Of a stretch of 64,000 nt of DNA, positions 1 to 11,964 are shown in pieces; position 1 is the stretch's first letter, and the number at the start of each line of letters is the position of its first letter. The translations under genes were made by a program, and so were the position numbers. The notes under the pieces were generated by a model, which saw only the letters and a list, made by a program, of their open reading frames with translations, did not search any database and had not been told where the DNA came from. The stretch comes from Mobula hypostoma (lineage: Eukaryota). The stretch spans positions 1,984,001 through 2,048,000 of the forward strand of contig NC_086097.1 of NCBI RefSeq assembly GCF_963921235.1, in the 5' to 3' direction.

Positions 1-770
1 GCTGTGCAAATACAAAAAGAAAGAAATAATAACAATAAGTAAACATCAAGAATGTGACGAAGAGTCTTTGAAATTGAGTCCACAGGTTGTGGGAACATTT
101 CAATGATGGGGCAAGTGAAGCTGAATGAATGTATCCCCGTTTGTTCAAGAGGCTGATGGCTGAGGGTTGATAACTGTTCCTGAACCTGATAGCGTGAGTC
201 CTGAAGGTCTGTGCCTTCTCCCTGATGGTAGTGTTGAGAAGACAGCATGTCCTGGGTGGTGGGGTCCCTGATGATAGATGCTGATTTCCAATGACAACGC
301 TCTGTGTAGGTGTGCTGAATGGTGGGGAGGGCATTATCTGCGATGGACTGGGCTGTATCTACTACTTTTTGTAGGATTTTCTGTTGAAGGGCGTTGGTGT
401 TTCCATACCAGGCCATGATGCAGCCAGTCAATACACTCTCCACTGCACATGGATAGAAGTTTGTCAAAGTTTGAGATGTCATGCTGATTCTCTGCAAACT
501 CTCAAAGAAGTAGAGGTGCTTTCTTCATAATTGCACTTAGACCATCAGACAAAGGAGCAGAAGTCGGCCATTCGGCCCATCGAGTCTGCTCCGCCATTTT
601 ATCATGAGCTGATTCATTCTCCCATTTAGTCCCACTCCCCCGCCTTCTCACCATAACCTTTGATGCCCTGGCTACTCAGATACCTATCAATCTCTGCCTT
701 AAATACACCCAATGACTTGACCTCCACTGCTGCCCATGGCAACAAATTCCACAGATTCACCACCCTCTGG

Positions 771-1919
771 CTAAAAATTTCTTTGCATCTCTGTTCTGAA
801 TGGGCGCCCTTCAATCCTAAAGTCATGTCCTCTCGAACTAGACTCCCCCATCATGGGAAACAACTTTGCCACATCCACTCTGTCCATGCCTTTCAACATT
901 CGAAATGTTTCTATGAGGTCTCCCCTCATTCTTCTAAACTCCAAGGAATACAGTCCAAGAGTGGACAAACGTTCCTCATATGTTAACCCTCTCATTCCCA
1001 GAATCATTCCAGTGAATCTTCTCTGTACCCTCTCCAACGTCAGCACATCCTTTCTTAAATAAGGAGAACAAAACTGCCCACAGTACTCCAAGTGAGGTCT
1101 CACCAGCACCTTATAGAGCCTCAACATCACATCCCTGCTCCTATACTCTATTCCTCTAGAAATGAATGCCAACATTGCATTCACCTTCTTCACCACCGTC
1201 TCAACCTGGAGGTTAACCTTAAGGGTATCCTGTACGAGGACTCCCAAGTCCTGTTGCATCTCAGAACTTTGAATTCTCTCCCCATTTAAATAATAGTCTG
1301 CCCATTTATTCCTTCTACTAAAGTGCATAACCATATAATTTCCAACATTGTATTTCATTTGCCACTTCTTTGGCCGTTCTCCCAATCTATCCAAGTTTCT
1401 CTGCAGACTCTCTGTTTCCTCAGCACTACCAGCCCCTCCACCTATCTTTGTATCATCAGCAAACTTAGCCACAAAGCCATCTATTCCATAATCCAAATCG
1501 TTGATGTACAATGTAAAAAGAAGTGGCCCCAACACAGATCCCTGTGGAACACCACTGGTAACCGGCAGCCAACCAGAATAGGATCCCTTTATTCCCACTC
1601 TCTGTTTCCTGCCAATCAGCCAGCGCTCTATCCACGTATGTAACTTTCCCGTAATTCCATGGGCTCCTATCTTGTTAAGTAGCCTCATGTGTGGCACCTT
1701 GTCAAAGGCCTTCTGAAAATCCAAATATACAACATCCACTACATCTTCCTTGTCTAGCCTACTTGTAATTTCCTCAAAACATTGCAATAGGTTTGTCAGG
1801 AAGGATTTTCCTTTAAGGAATCCATGCTGAGTTCTGCCTATCTTGTCATATGCCTTCAAGTACTCTGTAATCTCATCCTTGACAATCGACTCCAACAACT
1901 TCCCAACCACCGATGTCAA
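771..1919 (-). pseudogene. CR1 ORF2 reverse transcriptase domain (382-aa open segment)
   Basis: Motifs [56 protein letters not shown]. Confidence 0.93.
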
Positions 1920-2046
1920 GCTAACAGGTCTATAATTTCCTTTTTACTTCCTTGCCCCCTTCTTAAATAGCGGAGTGACATTTGCAATCTCTCAGTCCTC
2001 CGGAACCATGACAGAATCTATCGACTTTTGAAAGATCATCGCTAAT

Positions 2047-2552
2047 AGTCATAGTCATAGTCATACTTTATTGATCCCGGGGGAAATTGGTTTTCGTTAC
2101 AGTTCCACCATAAATAATAAATAGTAATAAAACCATAAATAGTTAAATAGTAATATGTAAATTATGCCAGTAAATTATGAAATAAGTCCAGGACCAGCCT
2201 ATTGGCTCAGGGTGTCTGACCCTCCAAGGGAGGAGTTGTAAAGTTTGATGGCCACAGGCAGGAATGACTTCCTATGACACTCAGTGCTGCATCTCAGTGG
2301 AATGAGTCCCTGGCTGAATGTACTCCTGCGCCCACCCAGTACATTATGTAGTGGATGGGAGACATTGTCCAAGATGGCATGCAACTTAGACAGCATCCTC
2401 TTTTCAGAAACCACCGTCAGAGAGTCCAGTTCCATCCCCACAACATCACTGGCCTTACGAATGAGTTTGTTAATTCTGTTGGTGTCTGCTACCCTCAGCC
2501 TGCTGCCCCAGCACACAACAGCAAACATGATAGCACTGGCCACCACAGACTC
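2047..2552 (-). mobile_element. Young 5'-truncated Rex1/Babar LINE inserted in CR1-A
   Basis: (GACTAT)n tail and C-terminal ORF ..RKSFLPVAIKLYNSSLGGSDTLSQ. Nearly identical to 50612-51114. The CR1 sequence resumes at 2551. Confidence 0.88.
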
Positions 2553-2616
2553 CGCAATCTCCACAGCTACTTCCTTCAGTACATGAGGGTGCATTCCATC
2601 TGGTCCGGGAGATTTA

Positions 2617-4603
2617 ACCATGTAATGATATAACAATTACAGCATGGAAACAGGCCATCTTGGTCCTTCTAGTCCGTGCCGAACTCTTACTCTCACCTAG
2701 TCCCACCGACCTGCACTCAGCCCATAACCCTCCATTCCTTTCCTGTCTAATTTAACTTTAAATGACAACATCGAACCTGCCTCAACCACTTCTGCTGGAA
2801 GCTCGTTCCACACAGCTACCACTCTCTGAGTAAAGAAGTTCCCCCTCATGTTACCCCTAAACTTTTGCCCTTTAACTCTCAACTCGTGTCTTGTTTGAAT
2901 CTCCCTCACTCTCAATGGAAAAAGCCTATCCACGTCAACTCTATCAATCCCCCTCATAATTTTAAATACCTCTATCAAGTCCCCCCTCAACCTTCTACGC
3001 TCCAAAGAATAAAGACCCAACTTGTTCAACCTTTCTCTGTAACTTAGGAGATGAAACCCAGGTAACATTCTAGTAAACCTTCTCTGTACTCTCTCTATTT
3101 TGTTGACATCTTTCCTATAATCTGGTGACCAAAACTGTACACAATACTCCAAATTTGGCCTCACCAATGCCTTGTACAATTTCAACATTACATCCCAACT
3201 CCTATACTGAATGCTCTGATTTATAAAGGCCAGCATACCAAAAGCTTTCTTCACCACCCTATCCACATGAGATTCCACCTTCAGGGAACTATGCACCATT
3301 ATTCCTAGTGTTACATGCTCAAGGAGATCTGTTTTTTTGTGTGAGAATGATGTAATGGTCTTTTGGAGGTCACCTGATGTAATTTTCCCACCGCTGAGGT
3401 CACGTGATGACATGTGTACCACGGGTATATAAAGGGAAGATCCCAGATGACGCAGTCAGTTTTTAGTTTGTAGATTTCCAGGTGGAATGTGCTGTGTCTC
3501 CGTTTCTGTTGCGTGTTTGTTTTTGTGACGCAGTTTCATTTTTAAAACGGAGTGTTGCGTTCTGTTGCAAGATACAATATTATTGGACTGGAAATTTTTG
3601 GCTAGATGTGCTGATTTACCCTATTCCAGCAGTAGAAGGGAGAGTGAAGGCTTTATCGAAGTACAGGACCGAAGGATTGAGAGGAGTCGGCATCGGTCGG
3701 CAGTTTAACAGAGGATCGACCATATTGAGTCTTCGTTGAAGGAGTAGCGACCTGCATCGAGATAACTCTTGCCAAAAGAGAAAAGAGTTCATGAAAGGTG
3801 CTCTATCTAAAAGGAATTTAAGGTCAGTTGTTTTAAACTGTTTATTTACTGCATCGTGAATCCTTTGGACAGAACCAGCAGGAAAGTCGCATCTATGAAG
3901 AAATCCTTCTCCAGAGAAGTCTCTCCCAATTGAACGTATAAAGCTGTTGGACTTTTGAATTTACCATTTTAAGAACTATATCTGATTTTATTGCTTTAAG
4001 AACTGTTTTTGCATTTAATACTTTAAGAACCAGTGCCGAATGACGAGTTGTTGAACGGCTGCATAACGGTTAACTTCCGGTTGAAGTTTTCGTTTGTTTT
4101 TTTTTCCTCATCTTTTATCCATGTTTAATTAATGTTTGGTTGTTTTTATATAACCTGTCTCGACTGATATTCATTGTTGCCGGTTATGTAACAGTAGATC
4201 CCTCTGTTCTACTGCATTCTTCAATGCCCTACCATTTACCATGTATGTCCTATTTTGATTAGTCCTACTAAAGTGTAGCACCTCACATTTATCAGCATTA
4301 AACTCTATCTGCCATCTTTCAGCCCACTTTTCTAACAGCCCACTCATCTCTCTGCAAGCTTTGAAAACCTACTTCATTATCCACAACTCCACCTATCTTA
4401 GTATCATCTGCATACTTACTCATCCAATTTACCACCCCATCAACCAGATCATTAATGTATATGACAAATAACATTGGACCCAGTACAGATCCATTTTACT
4501 ACTTCAATATTAATACCTAACGATTGAACCTTCCTAACCAACCTTCCATGTGGGACCTTGTCAAAGGCCTTACTGAAGTCCATATAGGCAATATGAAGTC
4601 CAT
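2617..4603 (-). mobile_element. 5'-truncated CR1 (family B) inserted in CR1-A
   Basis: RT C-terminus (LVRPNLEYCVQFWSP..GYGLSAGRWD). Flanked by ATTTA at 2612-2616 and 4604-4608. Same family as 39280-42296 and 55492-56480. Confidence 0.85.
3309..4193 (+). mobile_element. Solo LTR (885 bp, Gypsy-like) inserted in CR1-B
   Basis: Termini TGTTACA...TGTAACA, 4-bp TSD CTAG/GTAG, TATA-like GGGTATATAAAGGG at ~3423. Uninterrupted CR1-B copies read TTCCTAGATCCCTCTG (e.g. ~40211). Confidence 0.85.
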
Positions 4604-5010
4604 ATTTATCTACCCTTAGGCTATTAGCTTCCTGAGTACTTTCTCTGTCGTAGTTGTGATTACTCACACTTCTCTTCCCTGACGCCGTTGAGTGTCCGAT
4701 ATACTGCTGATGTCTTCCTCAGTGAAGACTGATGCAAAATACTCATTCAGTTCCTCCGCCATCTCCTTATCTCCCATTACAATTTCTCCAGCATCATTTT
4801 CTATTGGTTCTATATCTACTCTCACCTATCTTTTACTCTTTATATACTTGGAAAAGCTTTTAGTATCCTCTTTGATATTATTTGCTAGCTTCCTTTCATA
4901 GTTCATCTTTTCCCTCTTAATGACCTTCTTAGTTTCCTTTTGTAAGCTTTTAAAAACTTCCCAATCCTCTGTCTTCCCACTAATTTTTGCTTCCTTGTAT
5001 GCCCTCTGCT

Positions 5011-5910
5011 TTAACTTTGGCTTTGACTTCTCTTGTCAGCCACAGTTTCATCCTTTTTCCATTCGAAAATGTCTTCTTTTTTTGGAATATACCTGTCTTG
5101 CACCTTCCTCACTTCTTGCATAAACTCCAGCCACTGCTGCTCTGCCGTCCTTCCCGCCAGTGTCCCTTTCCAGTCAACTTTGGCCAGTTCCTCTCTCATG
5201 CCAATGTAATTTCCTTTACTCCACTGAAATACTGACACATCAGACTCTGGCTTCTCTTTTTCAAATTTCACAGTGAACTCAATCATGTTATGATCACTGC
5301 CTCCTAAGGGTTCCTTCACCTCAATGTCTCTAATCACCTCCGGTTCATTACACAATACCCAATCCAGTACAGCCGATCCCCTAGTGGGCTCAACAACAAG
5401 CTGTTCTAAAAAGTCATCTCGCAGACATTCTACAAATTCTCTCTCTTGAGATCCAGTGCCGACCTGATTTTGCCAATCCACTGGCATGTTAAAATCCCCC
5501 ACAATTATCATAACACTGCCCTTCTGACAAGCCTTTTCTATTTCCTGTTGTAATTTATAGTCCACATCACTGCAGCTGTTTGGAGGCCTATAAATAACTG
5601 CCATCAGGGTCATTTTACCCCTGCGATTTCTTAGCTCAACCTATAAAGATTCAGCACCTTCCGATCCTATGTCACCTCTTTCTAATGATTTAATATCATT
5701 TCTTACCAATAAAGCCACACCACCCCCTCTGCCTACCTGCCTATCCTTCCGACACATCGTGTATCCTTGGACGTTCAGCTCCCAGAGACAGGCATCCTTT
5801 AGCCATGTCTCAGTGATGGCCACAATATCATACCTGCCAATCTGTAGCTGTACGACAAGATCATCCACCTTATTCCTTATGCATTTAAGTATAACACCTT
5901 AAGTCCAGTA
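5011..5910 (-). pseudogene. CR1 ORF2 apurinic-like endonuclease domain (frameshifted)
   Basis: Motifs VAITETWL, DRQVGRGGGVALLV, IYRPPN, VGDFN, LDWVLCN, GSDHNMIEF. Confidence 0.9.
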
Positions 5911-6075
5911 TTTGGTACTTTTTGCTTTGATTGCACTGCAACTCATCCCAATGGCTGTAAATTTGCCTCAACATCTGCCTGTCCTTCCTGACATCTTTAC
6001 TGCTCACTATCTTAGATTTATTTCTGTTTTCCCCTTCCTCTGCTCCATCATTCCGGTTCCCATCCCCCCGCCAAC

Positions 6076-7011
6076 TTAGCTTAAACCCTCCCTAACAGCT
6101 CTATTAAACCTTCCCGCCAGGATATTGGTCCCCTTTGGGTTCAGGTGTAACCTGTCCTTTTTGAACAGGTCGTACTTCCCCCAGAAGAGATCCCAATTAT
6201 CCAAGAATCTGAAGCCCTGTCCCCTGCACCAGTCTCTCAGCCATGCATTCATCTGCCTGATCCTACTATTCTTGCCCTCGCTAGCACGTGGCACAGGTAG
6301 CAATCCCGAGATTACTACCCTGGAGGTCCTGCTTCTCAGCTTCCTTCCTAACTCCCGGAAATCTCTCTTCAGGACCTCCTCCTTTGTCCTCTCTATGTCA
6401 TTGGCACCAACATGTACCAAGACAACTGGCTGCTCGCCCTCCCCCTTCAGAATATTCAGGACCCGATCCGAGACATCCCGTACCCTGGCACCTGGGAGGC
6501 GACACACCATGCGGGTATCTCTAGCAGTCTCACGGAACCTCCTATCTGTTCCCCTGACTATGGAATCCCCTATGACTACCGCATTCCTCTTCTCCCTCCT
6601 TCCCTCCTGCACAACAGCGCCAGGCTCAGTGCCAGAGACCCGGTCACCGTGGGCATCCCCTGTCAGGTCATCCCCCTCAACAGGATCCAGAACAAGATAT
6701 TTGTTGCTGAGGGGGACAGCCACAGGGGTGCTCTCCACTATCCGGGCATTTTCCTTCCCTCTCCTGACAATGACCCAGTTTTCTGACCCTTGTGGCCTAG
6801 GGATGACTACTCCCTGTAGCTCCTGTCTATCACCTCTTCACTTTCCCTGATAAGCAGTAGGTCATCAAGCTGCAGCTCCAGATCCCTAACACAGTCTCTG
6901 AGGAGCCGCATCTCGGTGCACCTGGCGCAGATGTGGCCATCAGGGGAGGCTGGAGGTCTCCCAGGATTCCCACATCTGACACCCTGAACAAAGCACTAAC
7001 CCTGCGGGCAT
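6076..7011 (-). pseudogene. CR1 ORF1: N-terminal C4 zinc finger/coiled coil plus SGNH/GDSL esterase domain (frameshifted)
   Basis: ATG at 7011 gives MPAGLVLCSGCQMWE..HICARCTEMRLLRDCVRDLELQLDDL (CxxC..CxxC). Downstream motifs VIGDSIVRG, LPGA, VHVGANDI, DRLHLNPKG. Confidence 0.88.
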
Positions 7012-7664
7012 GCTATCTAATTCTACAGGAATGAAACAGGAAAAATAAGTCTACTCACCCACTTACCTCACCAAACAGACGCACTTTTTAAACCGTTAGC
7101 TCGTACCGTTAGCTGTGAGAGCCCTGCTGTTCCTGTCTGTCCGGGCCGATTCGCCAAGGGGGAAAAAAAGAGTTGGTGCTTCACTTTCGCCTCTTTCTGT
7201 CACCGCCGAAGCCCATTGAGCCAAAGCCTTACACTCTGCTACCACTCACTCCGCTGCCCGCGCCAACTGCTGCCCGCTGTATAGGGTGGTCTCCTTTTAA
7301 AACTTCCCACGCTGTCCTGTCTACGTCATGTGCCTGCGCAGTCTCGTCCCTCTTGTACTCGAAGAAGTTTTTTTAAAAAACTGCCTTCCTTCAGAATTCA
7401 GCTCTCACGCTGCTCTTCTTGTCCCGATCAAAAAAACTTGTGTGCTGGGCACAGGAAAGGTCCCCTGAAGTAATGATTCCAAGGAATTTAAAGTTGCTGA
7501 CCCTCTCCACCTCTCATCGTCCAATGAGGACCGGCTCATAGACCTCTGGTTCCTTTTCCTGAAGTCAATAATCAGCTCCTTGCTCTTGTTGACATTGAGT
7601 GAGGGATTGTTCTGGCACCAGTCAGCCAGACTTTCAATCTCCCTCCTACATACATATTTCCCAA

Positions 7665-7772
7665 AATGTCAACTGCACTTTTTTCCACAGATGCTGCCTG
7701 GTCTGTTGCGTCCCTTCAGCATTTTCTGTGTGTTGCTCGGATTTCCAGTATTTGCAGATTTTCTCTTGTTTA
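7665..7772 (+). mobile_element. Penelope-derived terminal repeat fragment (decayed)
   Basis: AGATGCTGCCTGG..CAGCATTTT..TTTCCAG..TGCAGATTTTCTCTTGTTT, the same repeat as 36822-36951. Confidence 0.6.
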
Positions 7773-8299
7773 ATACATATTTCATACCTCACTCGGCGAA
7801 GATCTTTGCTCTGCCAGGGGCGAGATCTTTGGAGCGTCTGTTGGCAATTCAGTAGCGCTGGGTTTTTACAGGGTGGGCTTGCCGGCCTCACGGCCAAGCC
7901 CTCCTCCTCCTGTCTCAGACAGGCTTGGGATGTCTGTGGTGAAGTTTTGTATTTTATTTTTGCCACTGTAAAAGTTCACCAGGATTTTATCCCGGGATAC
8001 ACGGTAACTGATGAAAGCAAAGCCATTTCATGGGGAGTACATTTTTACAACGTGCTCTGTAGTGTGTAAGAAAGGTTCAGGGTCTAAGTACTCGATCACT
8101 GATCACAAAGATTTGGCTTTTTCAAGTTATGAGTACCGTCTTTCCAGGAGAATTCAATTTTTCAAGGTTTCCAAGGTAATTTAATGTCAGAGAAATGTAT
8201 ACAATATACATCCTGAAATTCTTTTACTTCGCAAACATCCATGAAAACAGAGGAGTGCCCCAAAGAATGAATAACTGTTAAATGTTAGAAACCCAAAGC

Positions 8300-8720
8300 C
8301 TCCCCACCCCAGCTCCCCCCTCCCACACACCAGCAGCAGCAAAGCAATGAGCCCCCCAACCCACCCCAACCCCCAACCCCCCACCCTCACCCCACCTCAG
8401 CTCCCCCTCCCACACACCAGCAGCAGCAAAGCAATAACCCCCCAACCCCCCCCACCCCAGCCCCCCCACACACCAGCAGCAGCAAGACAATGACCACCCC
8501 ACCCCCACCCCCATCCCTACCCCCCCAGCTCCCCCCCACACACCAGCAGAAGCAAGACAATGATCCCCCAACCCCCCACCCTCACCCCACCTCAGCTCCC
8601 CCTCCCACACATCAGCAGCAACAAAACAATGACTCCCCCACCCCAGCTCCCCCTCCCACACACCAGCAGCAGCAAAGCAATGACCCCCCCACCCCCACCC
8701 CCACCCCCACCAGCAAAAAG
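8300..8720. repeat. C-rich irregular minisatellite (~55-75 bp units)
   Basis: Recurrent CCCCAGCTCCCCCTCCCACACACCAGCAGCAGCAAAGCAATGA core separated by variable C-runs. Confidence 0.85.
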
Positions 8721-8840
8721 CATCAGCACCCTCCACCGAGCACTCAAGCATGCAGCAAGCATCAATATAGACACAGAGTAACACACATCAAAGTTGCTGG
8801 TGAACGCAGCAGGCCAGGCAGCAACTCTAGGAAGAGGTAC

Positions 8841-8876
8841 AGTCGACGTTTCAGGCCGAGACCCTTCGTCAGGACT
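8841..8876 (-). ncRNA. Minimal type-I hammerhead ribozyme motif within a Penelope-like terminal repeat (repeat spans ~8779-8912)
   Basis: Minus strand reads AGUC-CUGACGA-AGGGUCUCGGCCU-GAAA-CGUC-GACU: helix I AGUC/GACU, intact core, helix II AGG/CCU, palindromic ACGU helix III and GUC cleavage triplet. Confidence 0.8.
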
Positions 8877-8957
8877 AACTGAAAGAAGAGCTAGTAAGAG
8901 ATTTGAAAGTGGAGTACCCCAAAGACTACTCGTTCACCTGGTATTCGACATACCACA

Positions 8958-8959
<2 letters not shown>

Positions 8960-8997
<38 letters not shown>
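8960..8997. repeat. (CT)n microsatellite
   Basis: Pure CT dinucleotide run. Confidence 0.98.
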
Positions 8998-8998
<1 letters not shown>

Positions 8999-9819
8999 AT
9001 ACGGGAGAAAGAGGTGTCCCTGCTTCACAACGAGAGGGGAGATATAACAAACAACTCTCTGATTCACGATGTTAAAAGTCTGTTGCTTTGTTTTTCCCGA
9101 GCTCTGCACCCAGACAGTCGGCTCCAGAAAGGCGCAGTTCTCTGGATACAGTCCCCGGCAGCTAACCCGCTGCTCCCAATATTCCATGTTCTCCCGCAAC
9201 GCTTCAGTCAGGGGCACCGGCCTAGAATCAGCTCGTCCCCAGAGCCACGGAAATCCAGAACCCTGAACGCGCACTCGTCTTCCAGGCGCGTCCTTGGGAT
9301 ATCAAAAAGCAGCTGGTCGTGAGGCCCATTCCCACAAAGAACCAAGGTCTGAGTGTAACTCCACATCAGGGTCTTCAACAGATTCTGCAGGAATGGAAAT
9401 GTGAACCAGTTGCAAATACTGAAAATCTGAATTAAAATCAGAGATTTGCACAAATCAGAGAATAAGGTGTCGGGGGAGTGTGTCAGGAAGTTTGAGCTGG
9501 GATTTGAATAGAAACAGATGCACAGTGTGAGAGTTACGACTGAAAACACCCATCCTTCGAGCAATGCAGGACGTCAGCAGGACAGGCAGCTTCTAAGGGA
9601 GAGGAGGGATTAACAGTTGACTCTTCGGGCCAACACCCTTCATCAGGAGTGTAATTCTAACTGATTATTACTTCATGTAGTCCTCATGAGGAAATTGGTG
9701 GCGAGAGGATTAAGTGACCATCTTCTCAATGTCGTCTAGTTTGTGTCTGACCATTCAGGAAAAATGGGCAGGTCACTGAAATCACCCTCTTCACCTGAGA
9801 CTGAAACAGATTCCACTCC

Positions 9820-10560
9820 TGATCAGAATCAGAATCTGAATATCACCGCATATATCGTAAAATTTGTTTCACAGCAGCAGTACATTGCAATGCGTAATAA
9901 TACAATATAAATTACAATAAGAAATTTAAAAATTAAATTAAATAATTAATGCAAAAAGAAAGCAAAAACAAAGCTAAGGTAGTGTACACGGGTTCATTGT
10001 CCATTCAGAAATCTGATGGCGGGGGGACTGAGGTAGTGTACACCAGTTCATTGTCCATTCAGAAATCTGATGGCGGGGGGACTGAGGTCTTGTACACGGG
10101 TTCACTGTCCGTTCAGAAATCTGATGGTGGGGGGACTGAGGTAGTGTACACGGGTTCACTGTCCGTTCAGAAATCTGATGGTGGGGGGACTGAGGTAGTG
10201 TACACGGGTTCACTGTCCGTTCAGAAATCTGATGGCGGAGGGACTGAGGTCTTGTACACGGGTTCACTGTCCGTTCAGAAATCTGATGGTGGGGGGACTG
10301 AGGTAGTGTACACGGGTTCACTGTCCGTTCAGAAATCTGATGGCGGAGGGACTGAGGTCTTGTACACGGGTTCACTGTCCGTTCAGAAATCTGATGGCGG
10401 AGGGGAAGAGGCTGTTCCTGAAACATTGAGTGAGTGTCTTCAGGCTCCTGTTCCTCTCCTTGACGGTGGCAATGAGAAGAGGGCACGTCCTGCCTGATGA
10501 ATGCTGCCTTTTTGACGCATTGTTTTTTGAAGGGGTCCTGAATGCAGGGGAGGCCAGTGT
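9820..10560 (-). mobile_element. Rex1/Babar 3' fragment with an internal tandem expansion
   Basis: ATCAGA-type tail at ~9822. Minus-strand remnant GLPCIQDPFKKQCVKKAA, then TTCAGGAACAGCCTCTTCCCCTCCGCCATCAGATTTCTGAA (FRNSLFPSAIRFLN). Confidence 0.7.
9976..10405. repeat. 54-bp tandem repeat, ~8 copies
   Basis: Unit GAGGTAGTGTACACGGGTTCACTGTCCGTTCAGAAATCTGATGGTGGGGGGACT. It produces the 18-aa periodic ORFs 9949-10497 and 9974-10762. Confidence 0.97.
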
Positions 10561-10784
10561 TCACGATGGAACTGGCTGCGTTTGCAACTGCGAAACACTT
10601 TATTATATAACTGAGGTTTAAATTTTCAATCCTGTCCCTGAGGAAACTGAACAAATTCATAGCAATAGCAAATGCCATTGATGCACTATTGCCAGGGTTC
10701 AAATTTCCATTTAATTCAAGCCCAACAGATTGCTGACTTATGACATTCACCCATGCGTCCACAGTAAACCGCGAAGGGAACCAG

Positions 10785-11045
10785 AACCTTGTCGTGGATT
10801 GGAGGCTTGTGTGCCTCGATGACCTGGAAAACGACGTTGGCTGGAGTCAGGGCTTTATGCTTTGGCTCTTGGTAGGGTCACCCATGCCAAACAGGTCAAA
10901 GGGTAGAAGCCAGACTAAAAGTGGCCCACCGGTCCTCCAGGTTCGGGGGTTCAGCTCAGGGATAACAACCCTGACTGGTCAAACAAAACTGTTACGTTCG
11001 CAGCGATAAAGAATCCTCTGTATCTGTGTGTGACGGGATGGACCC
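10785..11045 (+). mobile_element. RTE-clade 5'UTR-like repeat fragment
   Basis: CCTTGTCGTGG..GGCTTGTGTGCCTC..GGTAGGGTCACCCATGCCAAACAGGTC..TAACAACCCTGAC resembles RTE 5' leaders (recognised from memory). Confidence 0.5.
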
Positions 11046-11964
11046 TGAGCCACACCTGGGCCACAGTAGAGAAAATGGCCAAGGACAAGGCACTACAACC
11101 AGAGGTCATAGGTTAAGGGTGAAAGGTAAAAAGCTCAAGGGGACCATGAGGGGGATCTTCATCACTCAGAGGGTTGTGAGTGTGTGGAATGAGCTGCCAG
11201 CACAAATGGTGCAAGCGAGCTCAATTTCAATGTTTAAGACAAGTTTGGATAAATACATAGATGGCAGGGGTGTGGAGGCCTTTGGACTGGGTACGGGTTG
11301 ATGGGAGTAGACAGTTTAAATGGTTCAGTGTAGCCTAGATGGGCCGAAGGGCTGTTCCTGTGCCAGGCAGAGATGGGAGAGCTTCATTGCCAGCGGCTTG
11401 AGGAACACAGTAAAACAGTGTCAGTTTGGCCTTGTTATTTTTTCTTGCAGCACTCTGACATCTGATGCCTCCGAGCTCAGTAGTGTGTGGTTCATTCCAA
11501 GGTCACCATCTGCTCTACAACAAGCATGCTGCCGGTGTGTAATATTCATCTTTTCAGCAAACCAGATTGTAATAGCATCAAGATCGCAGCTAGTCACGTT
11601 TGTACCCTGTTGTCAGATGCACTTTAAGTAGTGTCATGAGATTGTGTTTCTCATTGTCATCCTAATCTCCTGTTATCTCCGAATATGTAACAGAGCAGCC
11701 TAATGAATAACATTTAATGTTCCTACAGGAATCAAAAGGGCTCCGATTATTGAATGTCAGCATTGGATGGAGTATTGCAAAACTAGCCCAGTCACTGATC
11801 AAATTCTAGTCAATTATTTTATTAGTGTCAGCTTGTTCAGGGTTGGAAAGTTAATAATTTAAACAAAATAAATCAATACTTTAGTACTTCAGATGAATGT
11901 TTCAGAATCAGATTTGCTGTCAGTTGTACAGCAAATAGGATATTTGCTGGATATAATACAACAT

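Larger units (their letters stand above)
539..7435 (-). mobile_element. Near full-length CR1 LINE (family A): 5'UTR, ORF1, ORF2 (APE+RT) and 3' tail, carrying nested insertions
   Basis: Collinear ORF1 (6076-7011), endonuclease remnants (5011-5900), RT (771-1919) and C-terminus ending GIKGYGEKAGEWD (626-826). Candidate 4-bp TSD ACTT. Confidence 0.9.
1..7650 (-). mobile_element. Old Rex1/Babar-type LINE fragment, present as two pieces (1-538 and 7436-7650) and split by the CR1 at 539-7435
   Basis: 1-538 reads on the minus strand as the decayed Rex1 ORF C-terminus (LPSGRR..RTHAIRFRNSYQPSAISLLN-like) plus 3'UTR. 7440-7650 continues upstream (W C QNN..SLNVNKSKELIIDFRK..ERVSNFKFLG-like). The pieces join across ACTT at 535-538 and 7436-7439. 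Confidence 0.7.

Noticed and set aside
6125..6850. 241-aa plus-strand ORF
   Set aside because: Antisense shadow of the CR1 ORF1 esterase.
7788..8008. Possible minus-strand exon (TTTCATCAG ... GAG|GTATGA)
   Set aside because: All three frames contain a stop, and part of it resembles an RTE-type repeat also seen at ~35645-35730.
8278..8882. Pro/Gln-rich and Gly/Trp-rich ORFs
   Set aside because: Translations of a low-complexity C-rich minisatellite.
9949..10762. 182-aa and 262-aa repeat-protein ORFs
   Set aside because: By-products of a 54-bp tandem repeat inside a Rex1 3' end.
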